A DNA stretch of 64,000 nt from Octopus sinensis (taxonomy: Eukaryota), in NCBI RefSeq assembly GCF_006345805.1, contig NC_043000.1, forward strand, positions 156,488,001 through 156,552,000. The letters are read 5' to 3'. The notes beneath the pieces are model-generated. The model was not told the origin of the DNA and made no database searches. It saw nothing but the letters and a program-made list of their open reading frames with translations. The first letter of the stretch is position 1, and each line of letters opens with the position of its first letter. A program made the position numbers and the translations under genes. Positions 52,550 to 64,000 of the stretch are shown in pieces.

Positions 52550-53115
52550 AGTATGTTTGTGCTAGTATTTTAATGCAGCTACCAGAAAATATCAAATAAG
52601 CTGTGTTCTTATATAACACGCTTGAAGACAAAAGATGACTTTTACGTGATCACTCAACCAGTCAAATATAGCAGCCAAGTCCCCTATCAATTCAGATTCA
52701 TATATATACAAGTGAAAGGCTCGTGATTTATTGGTTACTGTGCCTCATTTCGAGATTTGCTGTTATTTGTTGGAAGTGACACGAGTACGTGACGTTGAAA
52801 AGCCGCATGAGCGTCGAAATACCTATCTTTTATTCACGCAACCGCTTCGGGTCTACTTTGCTTCGCCTAGTCTCAAGTATATTGTGATTTTCTTAACGCA
52901 ATACGTCTATAGAATAATTTCTCCCGGTCGTAAAACAGCACTTACACTTTTTCAACGACACACATACCTTAATCATGATATATAGATTAAGCTTTGCTCT
53001 AGAGCTACTTGCATTACATAATTCGGATATATATATATATCGCCATGTTGATTCGCTAGCTTCTGCACGCATTTTTTTTCTCTCCTTGTTTCTCTCCGTG
53101 TTTCTTTTCTGTGTA

Positions 53116-53153
53116 TCTTTCTGTTGAAGAGCGTAGGCTCGAAACGTAAAAGA
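53116..53153 (+). ncRNA. Minimal type I HHR motif (family A)
   Basis: tcttt-CTGTTGA-a-gagc-gtag-gctc-GAAAC-GTA-aaaga, with stem III reduced to the palindrome ACGT. Confidence 0.7.
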
Positions 53154-53278
53154 CTTGTTTTATTTATATTCCTGAGCACCATACTAATACAATTGTTTGT
53201 TTGTATTCCAACTGCCTTCGTTTTTTGTTTATTTTCATAAAGCTTCCCGTTACATATATATATATTATATATATATAT

Positions 53279-53323
<45 letters not shown>

Positions 53324-53415
53324 GGAATTAGACAAAAGAAAAACGAAAGATGAAGAAGATAGTGTATAAACAAACAAACAGGTGTATTAGTTTAACGCTC
53401 GGGAATGTGAGAAAG

Positions 53416-53453
53416 TCTTTTACGTTTCGAGCCTAGGCCCTTCAGCAGAAAGG
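53416..53453 (-). ncRNA. Minimal type I HHR motif (family A)
   Basis: Minus strand: ccttt-CTGCTGA-a-gggc-ctag-gctc-GAAAC-GTA-aaaga. Confidence 0.7.
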
Positions 53454-53549
53454 AACACGAGAAAATAAACAGAGAGAGAATAAAAAGAACTTTAGTGGCT
53501 AGCAGTGGATCATAGCGGCTGGCTGGACGGAGGTGGTCAGACAGGAGAG

Positions 53550-53583
<34 letters not shown>

Positions 53584-53809
53584 TCAATGCAGATAAACAA
53601 ACAATTCAAATAAACTAATAAAAAGCGAAACAAAGAAAAACAACGAACGTGAGGATGTGCACATGAAGTGTATTAACTTGACGCTCGGTGAAAGGAGAGA
53701 GTTTAACATTTGAAGCATAGCTCTTGGTCGGAAAGGAGCAAAGCAAAGTCCAAAGAAGGATAGAACGGGAAATCGCCAACGGCCTATGTATAGTTACATT
53801 GCTGAAGTC

Positions 53810-53848
<39 letters not shown>

Positions 53849-54729
53849 GTCATTATTCGTCTGGTGTTTATGTTCTGCATTCAAATTCCGCCGAGATCGA
53901 TTTTGCCTTTCATCTTTTCGGGATCGATAGAAAAGATATATATATAAAATAGATATATATATATATAATATATAATATATATATATATATATATATCAGA
54001 TACACCACACACACATTGTGTAAATATGTATGGTAGAAAGAGAAAGTGATGAGATAGTAGAGAGCTAGCTTGATCGTTAAAGATAATACTTCAGTATAAA
54101 CATATACAAATACTTTGTAATTCAGTTGCGCATGTAATTGATACTTTGAACAGTAAAGTTCTTCACAAATACTGATGTTAAAGTTTTGTTTATAAATCAA
54201 AATGCTTAGTGTCATACAAATATGACAGAATGTACTCAAGCTCGATTAGATCTGAAATGCGGATGGTATAGCGTTGATAAATATTGGTTTCAATTTTTGG
54301 TACAAGGCCAGCAATATCGGAGAAGGGAGTATATCGATTACATTGGCCTCACTGCTCAAGAGGTACTTATTTAATTGACCCTTAAAGGATAAAAGGCAAA
54401 ATTGATCACGGCAGAATTTGATCTCAGAACGTAAAGACAGACGAAATTCCGCTTAGCATTCTGTCCAGCGTGCTAACGATTCTGCTAGCTCATTACCTTA
54501 TTGTCGATGAATATTCGGTAAACTTAATAGAGTCTTATTCGCAAAAGATGTGATAAAGAAAAAAAAACAAAACAAACAGTTTGCAAATATATTCAAGACA
54601 GGTTACGAGTAGCTCTGTCTTTAAAACATTACATGTTGATAAAGTAAATATTATATCTCTTTGATGATGGCCAGAAATGTAGGTTTGTATTGATGTGAAT
54701 TAATTTACTAGAGTTTGATATTTCCAATA

Positions 54730-54963
54730 TCCTTTTCGTTACTACCCACAAGGAGCCAAACAAAGAGAGGACAAACAAGGACAGACAAACGGATCAAGTC
54801 GATTACATCGACCCCAGTGTGTAACTGGTACTTAATTTATCGACCCCGAAAGGATGAAAGGCAAAGTCGACCTCGGCGGAATTTGAACTCAGAACGTAAC
54901 GGCAGACGAAATACGGCTACGTATTTAGCCCGGCGTGCTAACGGTTCTGCCAGCTCGCCGCCT
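54730..54963 (-). mobile_element. SINE S2
   Basis: Reverse S2 copy. A diverged copy also lies at ~54285-54500. Confidence 0.9.
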
Positions 54964-55548
54964 TAAAGCTCTAGAGCTACTTGCATTACATAATTCGGAT
55001 ATATATATATCCGCCTTAAACGGATATTTCCAATATCCGTTTGGGCCACATTACATGGCCAGATCTCCTTAGTCTAATTTCCCATAGACACTCAACTAGA
55101 TTTTATTTTTTCGGGCAGCTTAATGGTAACAGGCGCTTATGTTGTATCACCTTTCAGATACGACGCGTGGTAAGCCTCTAGGTATATGATGTTCACCAAA
55201 TGCCTATTTTTGAACATTCAGCCGAGCAACAAAGCACAGTTTGACTCCGTTGAAATGAATCAAGGGGACAAACGTCTCAGAAAAAAATTTTGGTTATATA
55301 TATAAAAAAAAAATTCTGCAATTTACTGATTTAATGGGGGTTTCTTTTGTTGTAATTATTTTCAGACATTAGATAAAACATGATTGCTTTCACAGACGTG
55401 TAATACTTTTACTTAAGTTGCGTTGTCATTGTTTTGAAGTTATACATATTGGAGAATATTAAGCGGTTTAAATTATTTAATTATCTTAACTCTTTTTTAG
55501 GGTGTATAAATGAAATGGGGCGTTTTTCCTGTGACTTGATTTTGCCAG

Positions 55549-55606
55549 CTAGCATTGCGACTTCTTTCTGTGCCTGTATTTTCATCCACCCAGTCTATAG
55601 GGACAT
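55549..55606 (+). CDS. Candidate 58-nt exon (unconfirmed)
   Basis: Acceptor cttgattttgccag and donor CAT|gtaagc. Phase-compatible with 55158-55169 and 59733-59780. Confidence 0.25.
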
Positions 55607-56519
55607 GTAAGCATGAAATGCATTTGGTGACTACTACTGAAAACTGGTTTAAGAACGTGAGGCATTGTGCTTTTTGTGCGTCATAGAAAAAGCTAACTCT
55701 AAGCATAAAAAAATAGTGTAAATATATATTTATTCGTAACAATTTATATTTCATATAAAATAGAATTGCTTCGAGGTCACATAAGTGTAACGAGTTTGTT
55801 GATATGAGAAGGTTTTTGTCGGACAATGAGGTCTGCAAGGTAAAGGCTACTTGTGAATGAATGTGGAATGTACTGAAATAAAAATATGTGCTCAGCCGAA
55901 CAAAGAAATTACGTAAACAAATTTCAAAGCAAAAAGAAAAGGCTGTATACCACAAACAAACTATATGTTAAGAAAATGCAGAATGCTTGAATGAAATGCA
56001 TACGACAGCACAACGGCTGTAAATCGTGAAATATGTGACGATATGTGCCGAACACGTGAATGTTGGTATACAAGATAACAATAGTTGTCAAACTATCCAG
56101 AAGTGAATGGAAAAAGTTTGGTAACAAAATGTGTTCATTATAAAGAGAAATGCAAGTGAGAAAACAACAAAGCAGCAAGTGATACAGAAAGAATATTCAA
56201 GGTTTTGATGAGAAGAAAACGAGTATGCACAATTATGGATATATGAGAGAGAAGGGAGATGGAGTGACAGAAGTGGAGAGGGAGATAGAGAGAGAGGGAG
56301 TGAGGGAGAGATAGAGATAGAGAGGGAGAGAGAGTAAATATGTATATGAGGATATATTTAACAATGTCGTTGACTGCCATAACGATGGCCAACATTGCTT
56401 CGAACTTTGTCAAAATGTGTGAAAAGGTTTTGTAAGATACAATGGCACAAAAGCTATCACTATTTCTGCTTACGCTCAAAGATGTACATATTGAAGATAT
56501 TGTGTCTGTCTGTCAATTC

Positions 56520-58088
56520 CCAACAAGGACCTCAGACAGACAGTACTTTACGCAATATGCGTGCATTTCCAAGTAATACCGACTTTTGCAATACATCTAG
56601 ATAGTTGGGTATCTCTAAGAGTTTTAAATGTTTTATAGACAGGCTGGTATTTAACCCAATGCTCCGATGACAATAGGGATAACCTTTATGTTTGACTCTT
56701 GTTGCTGCCACATCTTAGTGATCTCAATTCTCAGGTCTTCATATTTATCAACCTTTTCTTTTTCTTTCATGATGATGTGTTGATCCCCTGGCACTGCTAC
56801 GTCGATTATTGTGTCTCTCCTGAAGGTTACTATATCCGACCTTCAGTGTTCTAAAACTTTGTCTGTCTGGAAATCAAAGTCCCAGAGGATTTTTGCCTTT
56901 CCCTTTTCGTCCATTACATTTTACCATGTATGTTGGTACCAAGCACTTATGACCTCATATCCATACTTACGACATAGTAGTCAGTGGAGGTTTGGGGCTA
57001 CTTTGTCGTTTCTACGCTTGTACTTTTCGTGCGCAAGACTTTCACAAGCACTAACAATGTGAGTCACTCTTTCGACCCTCTTCCAATACATTCTGCAGAG
57101 GTCCGATGCGCTTGTGTGGTATATATTCTTTGTCACTGAATTGGTATTCAATGCCAGGGCCTGGGCCGCGATGATTAGGCGTTCAGTATTCTGTTTAAGG
57201 TTACCCTTGTTGAGCCACCTCCATGATGCTTCCTGGTTTTTAATTTGTTGGTTTCACGGTGGAACTGACCATAAAATTCCATACGGACTAGGGTTTCTTC
57301 TCTCTCGTTGGCTGTTCTTGTTCGGAATTCATGAGCACTCTCAAGCTCAATTTTGTTAACTCCTTCTGCACTAGCAGCATACTGTAGCAGGTCTTCTTTG
57401 CTGTTTACCAAATATTTTGCCATGTTTTTTCTTTCACTGTTGATGCACTACCGTATGCTAATCAGGCCTCTTCCACCCTTACCTCACTTCATGTAGAGCC
57501 TGTGTACATTTGCCTTAGGGTGGAGGGCACCATGCATTGTCATTGTCTTTCGGGTTGTGCGATTGAGTTGGTTAATCTCTGCTTGTATCCATCTCAGGAT
57601 GGGTGCACTATAGCGGACTACAGCAACAGCCCATATGTTGATGGTAGCCATAAGGTTCCTTGAGTTGAGCCTTGATTTCAAGAGAAGTTTGAGGCGCTTG
57701 AAATATGCAGTGATGACCGTTCTTTCATTTCTCTGTGCAAAATATTGCCCAGATCCAGGATCCCGGGGTACTTGTACCCATCATCATCTGGGTCTTCCAT
57801 TTTCTCTCTGTTTGGCAATTCTATGCCCCTACAATTTACTCTTTTCCCCCGCTTCAAAGTAAGCACCGCACACTTCGAGATACCGAATTCCATACCTATA
57901 TCTTTGCTGCATATTTGCACAGTCTCAACCAGCCTCTCCATTTCAGGTTCTATTTTTGCGAACAGTTTTAAATCATCCATGAAGGGAAGGTGGTTGAGAC
58001 GAGGTCCGTTCTTTCTCAGCTCATAGTGCACGTTGATTTTACGTAGGACTACAGAAAGTGGGATCAAGGCTATAACAAATAACAGAAA
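56520..58088 (-). mobile_element. 5'-truncated R4/Dong-like RLE-type LINE
   Basis: LLFVIALIPL...NHLPFMDDLKL...GMEFGISKC...YKY.G (RT), GGRGLI, a zinc-knuckle relic, then ILWDF...SDIV...IIDVAVPGD...EKVDKYEDL...VIPIVIGALG (restriction-like endonuclease). Confidence 0.9.
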
Positions 58089-58941
58089 ATTTTCAGCCAT
58101 CCATTCCTGTGTTACTAGAGCCATGTGTGATAGTGCAGAATCTTACTGAAACACATATGGCCTTCCATTGCATACACTGTCTATTCAGGGTTTAACAATT
58201 ATTTCCAGGGCCTCAATGTAGGCAGCAGAGTTAACTCTAAGGCCTTGTAGAAAGAAGTAAGGAGGCATCACATGTCCTTCATTGCTGACAACCCCTAAAA
58301 CCATGACAGTTGAGGAAATGTTGTATGCATAACACTTGGAACTTCAGAAGGGTCTGCACATAAGCATCTGTCATTTCTTCTGTTAACTTTTTGATCTTAG
58401 TCGAAGTTTTTTTCGTTTGAGAAAAAACAAATCAAATCTTCTGCTGGACTTTTCAGTTTGTTTAAGAGCCTTTTAAATCTGATGTAGTGATTTTCTTTTG
58501 TTCATCTGATGTCTTCATGGCAAAATTTCTGCCTGTTCCTTCTGACACATGGAGATCTTTTGCAATTGACCTGATGGACTTTCTGAGATTGTAATCAATG
58601 GTCTATTGAACTTGTTGGATACATTCAAGTGTTCTGGTGATTTCAGAGAGTTTAGAATGCTTTTTATGCTTTGATACTAGGGATAAGTTACCATCTTCAG
58701 TCTCTAACTCCCTACAAACTTTGTAGGCGAAAGATCTGCCAACTTTTAAAAATCAAAATATTTCTAAATCGTTATGCTCAGCCTTTATAAAGACAATAAC
58801 AGCATGTTTCTTCATTTCTTGAGTTAGCTGAGGGTCTGCTATTAATATTTTCTGAAACAAAGATTGTATAGTGTTAGAAAGAAATGCAGCAAAGGTGACC
58901 CCACCCACCAAGGTATGTCCTCAAATACCTTACGCACCCTG
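58089..58941 (-). mobile_element. Tc1/mariner (maT-like) transposon 5' part
   Basis: TA|cagggtg terminus. Contains HTH-like SIRSIAKDLHVSE and frameshifted VMVLGVVSNEGHVMPPYFF...YVFQ*DSA..H...TQEWMAENF. Confidence 0.85.
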
Positions 58942-58973
58942 TATATTTAATAGCAGTACATTATATTTACCAC

Positions 58974-59355
58974 TAGCAGTATCGCCCGGCGTTGCTCGGG
59001 TTTGTAAGGGAAATAACTATATAAGCATTTTTAGAGATGTAAAGTATAATAGCCATCTCAATATGGCTAACCACAAAGGGGTGAGGTGTTACTGTAGCTA
59101 TTTACGTTCTGAGATTTAATAATAAATTTGTAGAGAGTTACTTCCCTTATATATGTCAAAAATGCATTAAAATGGGAAAAATTGATGGTAAATTTTTATT
59201 AAAATCGTAGACGCGCGCTAATACCCAGAAGGGCTCGATATGAATCACGACTATAAGATACCCGGTTTTGGTTAAACTGCACCGCAAAATGTGGGAGTAG
59301 TTAGGAATCTAAATCGTAGGAGACAGACACACAACTTCACTTTTATATATAGAGA
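58974..59355 (-). mobile_element. Non-autonomous Helitron
   Basis: Reverse copy of the 11091 family with TC...CTAG termini and the 3' hairpin. Confidence 0.85.
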
Positions 59356-59732
59356 TATATAAAATAATTTGTGTGTGTGTGTGTGCGCGCGTGTGAATGT
59401 GCGTGTGTATGTGTATATTTTCGAAGAGAACTTTATTACTCACCTTTACTGTGCTTAACAAGAATTATATGGATATAAAATCTAATAAAGTTTTAAATCG
59501 TTTCTTGTTTGATCTCATACGCAATGACAACGCGATTAACAGGACAAGGAACATGGCGGAAGGGTGGACAAAACATTTTGAGGAAAATTCGCAGTTGTTC
59601 AAGTTGCTCTTCAAACCATCGGTGTTTATCTAAAGTAAAGGCATCATGCTTGAGCTAATACAGGTAGCTAACAGTGATGTCACATAGCCGGATCAAATAT
59701 CACACAGTATGATACCCAAGCTTCTGTAACAG

Positions 59733-59780
59733 TCCCACCAATCCCGCATCGTGGATGATGCTTCGTTATCTACCCCACAA
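59733..59780 (+). CDS. Candidate 48-nt exon (unconfirmed)
   Basis: Acceptor cttctgtaacag and donor CAA|gtaaga. Reads PTNPASWMMLRYLPH. Confidence 0.25.
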
Positions 59781-59899
59781 GTAAGAAAGACCAAAATAGA
59801 GAAGAGAGTCGAAACAAAACCCTGGAATCATTAAACTCAAAGCTGCCATGTTCATCGTATTATATTAACTGCTTGCTTTTATTGGTTATTGTCTCCGTG

Positions 59900-60140
59900 A
59901 TGGCGCATTGCTCCGTGGTTAGAGTGTCAGGCTTACAATCGTGAGGTTGTGAGTTCGGTTCCTGGAATAAGCTGTGTGTTGTGTTCTTGAGCAAGTCACT
60001 TTATTTCACTTTGTTCCAGTCCACTCAGTCGTAGAAATGAGTTGCGGCCAAGCTGTACGGGCCTTTGCCTTTCTCTTGGTTGCGTGGAGAGGGGAAGCTG
60101 GTATCCATGGGTGACTGCTGGTCTTCCACAAAAAATAACT
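59900..60140 (+). mobile_element. SINE S4
   Basis: tRNA-like head plus ccactcagtcgtagaaatgag...ggcctttgcctttc. Confidence 0.75.
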
Positions 60141-60354
60141 TTGGCCGGACTTGTGCCTCAGAGGGGAACTTTTTAGGTGCATTCTCTTGGCCATTCGGGA
60201 CCGAAGGGAGGATTTTTACACTTTTACTTGTTTCAGTCATAGGACTGCAGCCATGCTGGGGCACCACCTTAAAGCGTTTTGGTTGAAGAAATCGACCCCA
60301 GTCCACAATTTTAAAGCGTGGTAATTATTCTATGAGTCTCTTAAGTTACAGGGA

Positions 60355-60770
60355 TACTCTTTTACTCTTTTACTTGTTTCAGTCATTTGACTACGGCCAT
60401 GTTGGAGCACCGCCTTTAGTCGAGCAAATCGACCCCGGGACTTATTCTTTGTAAGCCCAGCACTTATTCTATCGGTCTCTTTTGCCGAACCGCTAAGTGA
60501 CGGGGACGTAAACACACCAGCATCGGTTGTCAAGCAATGCTAGGGGGAAAAACACAGACACACAAACACACACACACACATACATATATATATACATACA
60601 TACATATATACGACAGGCTTCTTTCAGTTTCCGTCTACCAAATCCACTCACAAGGGATTGGTCGGCCCGGGGCTATAGCAGAAGACACTTGCCCAAGGTG
60701 TCACGCAGTGGGACTGAACCCGGAACCATGTGGTTGGTAAGCAAGCTACTTACCACACAGCCACTCCTTA
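60355..60770 (-). mobile_element. SINE S3
   Basis: Full-length reverse copy. Confidence 0.9.
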
Positions 60771-62029
60771 AAACTACTTGTCAAAACACACACATATACA
60801 CACTCACAAAACATGTACACATGCAAACACACACACACACACAAACACACACACACGCACAAACACACACACACACGCACACACAAACACACACACACGC
60901 ACAAACGCACACACACACACAAACACACACACACACAAACACACACACACGCACAAACGCACACACATATATCACGGGTTTTCCCCACATGTTTCGTCTA
61001 CCAAATTACTAAATACCCTCACAAGGCACTAGTCGGCCTGGGGCTATAAGTAGAACACATTTGCCCAAAGTGCCGCCCAGTGGGACTGAATCTGAAAGTC
61101 CACATGGTTGCAACGCGAGCTTCTTGACCCTTACAACCATATCTGCACCTTTATTTTTTTAAAAATTAATCTCTTATATAAAACACTGAACCAAAATCAT
61201 TAAATCGGTCATTTATTGCGGTTCCCCAGTGACTTTTCTTTTAAAAAGACATAATCTGAATCTTTATAGCTTTCTTTATATTTTAGTGCGTCTTGTCTGT
61301 GTATGTACCTGATTTTATGTTCTTTGGGAGTTGGCATGAGTGTGTAGAAGGACATTGCGTTGTAACACGTATACAAACATAACTACATGAATATATACAC
61401 ACACATACCACACTATATTAACATTTTAAACATAAGGTTGCTATCAATTTAAATTATTAGTCATCTCAAACAAGAACTTGGCCTCTCACTAAATCTGTCA
61501 GAGAGATATTAAATACACTTTATCTGTAATTAAAGCTACAAAAAAAAAAATTAAAAGTAGGTCATTCTAATAAAGGAAACAGCAGTAAGGTGTGTTCTGT
61601 TGTTAGACTTTCCACGGCTTGGTCTGATTTTCCCTAATAAAATGTCTCTACCCCTTTGTTTCTTATCTGCTTTTCTGTCAGTTTTATTATTCTTTTATGT
61701 GTTAAAAATACCCAGGCGTTGTCCGACAAATATCTTTGATAGTCGTAGCTTCTCTCTCTCTCCTAACAACGTTTGCTCATGTTGTTTAATTGAGCAAGTC
61801 AAGGAGACAACCTCTATGTGGACGACGCTCGACATACTAGAAATATAAATCATACCCCCTCTCTCTCTCTCTCTCTCTCTCTGTGTCTTTCACACTCTCT
61901 AATCTTATCTCGCCATTTTAAAAACAGGAGAGACACATGAGATAATATAATTTTAGATAACCCTGAAAAGGCAGGGTGGTCACGTTGGGAGTGCTCTTGA
62001 TAATAGATCTACTCGATCAGAGTTGACTT

Positions 62030-62236
62030 AATCTTTTACTTGTTTCAGTCATTTGACTGCGGCCATGCTGGTGCACCGCCTTTTAATCGAGCAAATCGAC
62101 CCCGGGACTTAATTCTTTGTAAGCCCAGTACTTATTCTATCGGTCTCTTTTGCCGAACCGCTAAGTGTCGGGGACATAAACACAGCAGCATCGGTTGTCA
62201 AGCAATGCTAGGGAGACAAACACAGACACACATACA

Positions 62237-62289
<53 letters not shown>

Positions 62290-62478
62290 TATATATATAT
62301 ATATACATATATACGACAGGCTTCTTTCAGTTTCCGTCTACCAAATCCATTCACAAGGCATTGGTCGGCCCGGGGCTATAGCAGAAGACACTCGCCCAAG
62401 ATGCAACGCAGTGGGACTGAACCCTGAACCATGTGGTTGGTTAGCAAGCTACTTACCACACAGCCACTCATGCGCCTA
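62030..62478 (-). mobile_element. SINE S3
   Basis: Full-length reverse copy. Confidence 0.9.
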
Positions 62479-62803
62479 TTAAAACAGTTAAAAACAGCAT
62501 ACAACCGCAGGAATTCTTGTTTCTTTTTGTCATATCAAAATTTCATCACAAAATATCGCGGGGTTAAATGTTTGGTTTTCACAATGTATGTATGTGTATA
62601 TGTATGTGTATGTTTGCGCTAGCTTTGCAACCACCCTGTTTCGGGTTCAGGCCACTGCACAGTACCTTTTGTAAGTGACTTCTCTTATAGCCCCGGACCG
62701 ACAAATGCCTGGTTGAACTTGGTTGTCGGAATCTATCAAGTAGCTCGTCATACATATATGTGTCTGTATGTATGGGTGTGCTCGTTTGTTTGCTTGTGTG
62801 TGT

Positions 62804-62850
<47 letters not shown>

Positions 62851-63147
62851 TGTGTGAGTGTGTGAGTGTGCATGTATATGTGTGTATCTGTTTATGCTGT
62901 ATATGCAAGCTTCACCCCTTGAGAACTGGCTTTGGCTAGTTCTCGTCCTCGTAGCTTAGCGATTTGGCAAAACAGATCGATAGAATAAGTACCGAAGTTG
63001 AAGTGCTCGGCTACAAAGCCTTCCGAGGTCGTAGTCCAGTGACTAAGTAAGTGATAAAAGTAAGTGATAAAACATCAGCTTAAAAACAAAACAAATCTAG
63101 TATCCATATTCTTAGCAACTCACCTCAGAAAAACATATCTAACAAGA

Positions 63148-63575
63148 ACACTCAGAGGGCGCCAACCTCCGCCAAAGCAACACCAACGTCCTCTCAACGA
63201 TTAGCCAGAGATGAATTTTAAAATGAGAAATACTAAATTTCTAAATCTCTCTCCGCACCGTACCACCGTAATTTTAAAATGAGAATATCTAAAATGAACC
63301 TGACTGCTCTCACAAACAAGAATACTAAAAATGAACCGGAACACTCTAAAAAATTATGCAAAAAAAAACCAAAAAAAAAAAACAGGAAAATAATCCAGAA
63401 TCCTTGTCCGATACCAGATTGATCCCCAAATCTAATCACTTCGTGCCAGTCATGAGGCCAAACATCCCTGACGGTTTCATCCGAATCCATCCAGTGGTTC
63501 TTGAGATATCTTGTCCACGGACAAACAAACACGACTGGAAACAATACCTCCGCCTTCGTTAGGGCGAAGGTAATA
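63148..63575. mobile_element. Helentron/HINE-like non-autonomous element
   Basis: Subterminal acctccgcc motifs at both ends and terminal stem-loop acctccgccttcgttagggcgaaggt. Confidence 0.55.
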
Positions 63576-63811
63576 AGCAATATCTTTTTTCACCTTATGC
63601 TTGTTTCAGTCATTAAACTGCGACCATGCTGGGGCACCCGCCTTGGAGAATTTATAGTCTAATGTATAGACCCCAGTACTTTTTGTTTTCAAGCCTAGTA
63701 CTTATTCTATCGATCGCTTTTTACCGAACCACTAAGTTACGGGGACATGAACACACCAACACCGGTTGTCAAGCGGTGGAGGCGATACAAATACAGACAC
63801 ACACACACACG

Positions 63812-63874
<63 letters not shown>

Positions 63875-63904
63875 ATATATAATATATTATATATATATAT
63901 AATA

Positions 63905-64000
63905 CTAGCAGTATTGCCCGGCGTTGCTCGGGTTTGTAAGGGAAATAACTATATAAGCATTTTTAGAGAGTTACTTCCCTTATATAATAGCAAAAAATGC
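63905..64000 (-). mobile_element. Helitron 3' end (runs off window)
   Basis: actagcagtattgcccggcgttgctcggg, the same terminus as 58974. Confidence 0.85.

Larger units (their letters stand above)
53050..53520. mobile_element. Two diverged family A pLTR modules, tail-to-tail in one (TA)n tract
   Basis: Plus copy ~53050-53245 and minus copy ~53320-53520, both ending in the central (TA)n. A third decayed minus copy lies at ~53585-53790. Confidence 0.75.

Noticed and set aside
55497-55955. 152-aa minus-strand ORF
   Set aside because: AT-rich biased composition and no motif.

Overview
AT-rich, repeat-dominated animal genomic DNA, most likely octopus. The species call is an inference from the SINE families and the microsatellite load. 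There is one 100-N assembly gap at 52450-52549. No intact protein-coding gene, rRNA, true tRNA or CRISPR array could be supported, and most long ORFs in the track are microsatellite translations. The window contains at least four tRNA-headed SINE families and decayed LINEs (CR1-group, R4/Dong-like RLE, another APE-type RT). It also holds a probable Gypsy pol relic, a Penelope-like element (RT plus GIY-YIG), Helitrons, a Helentron/HINE-like element, and Tc1/mariner, pogo and hAT DNA transposons. The most striking signal is about 13 type I hammerhead ribozyme (HHR) motifs from about 7 unrelated sequence families. Most sit in short non-coding Penelope-like pLTR modules that end in (TA)n tracts and often form fold-back palindromes. 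Several have non-canonical cores (U4C, or A6 replaced), palindromic stem III (dimer-type fold) or long stem II inserts. A few plus-strand exon candidates may belong to a large-intron host gene but are unconfirmed. All motif folding was done by eye, and no ribozyme activity or database match was tested.
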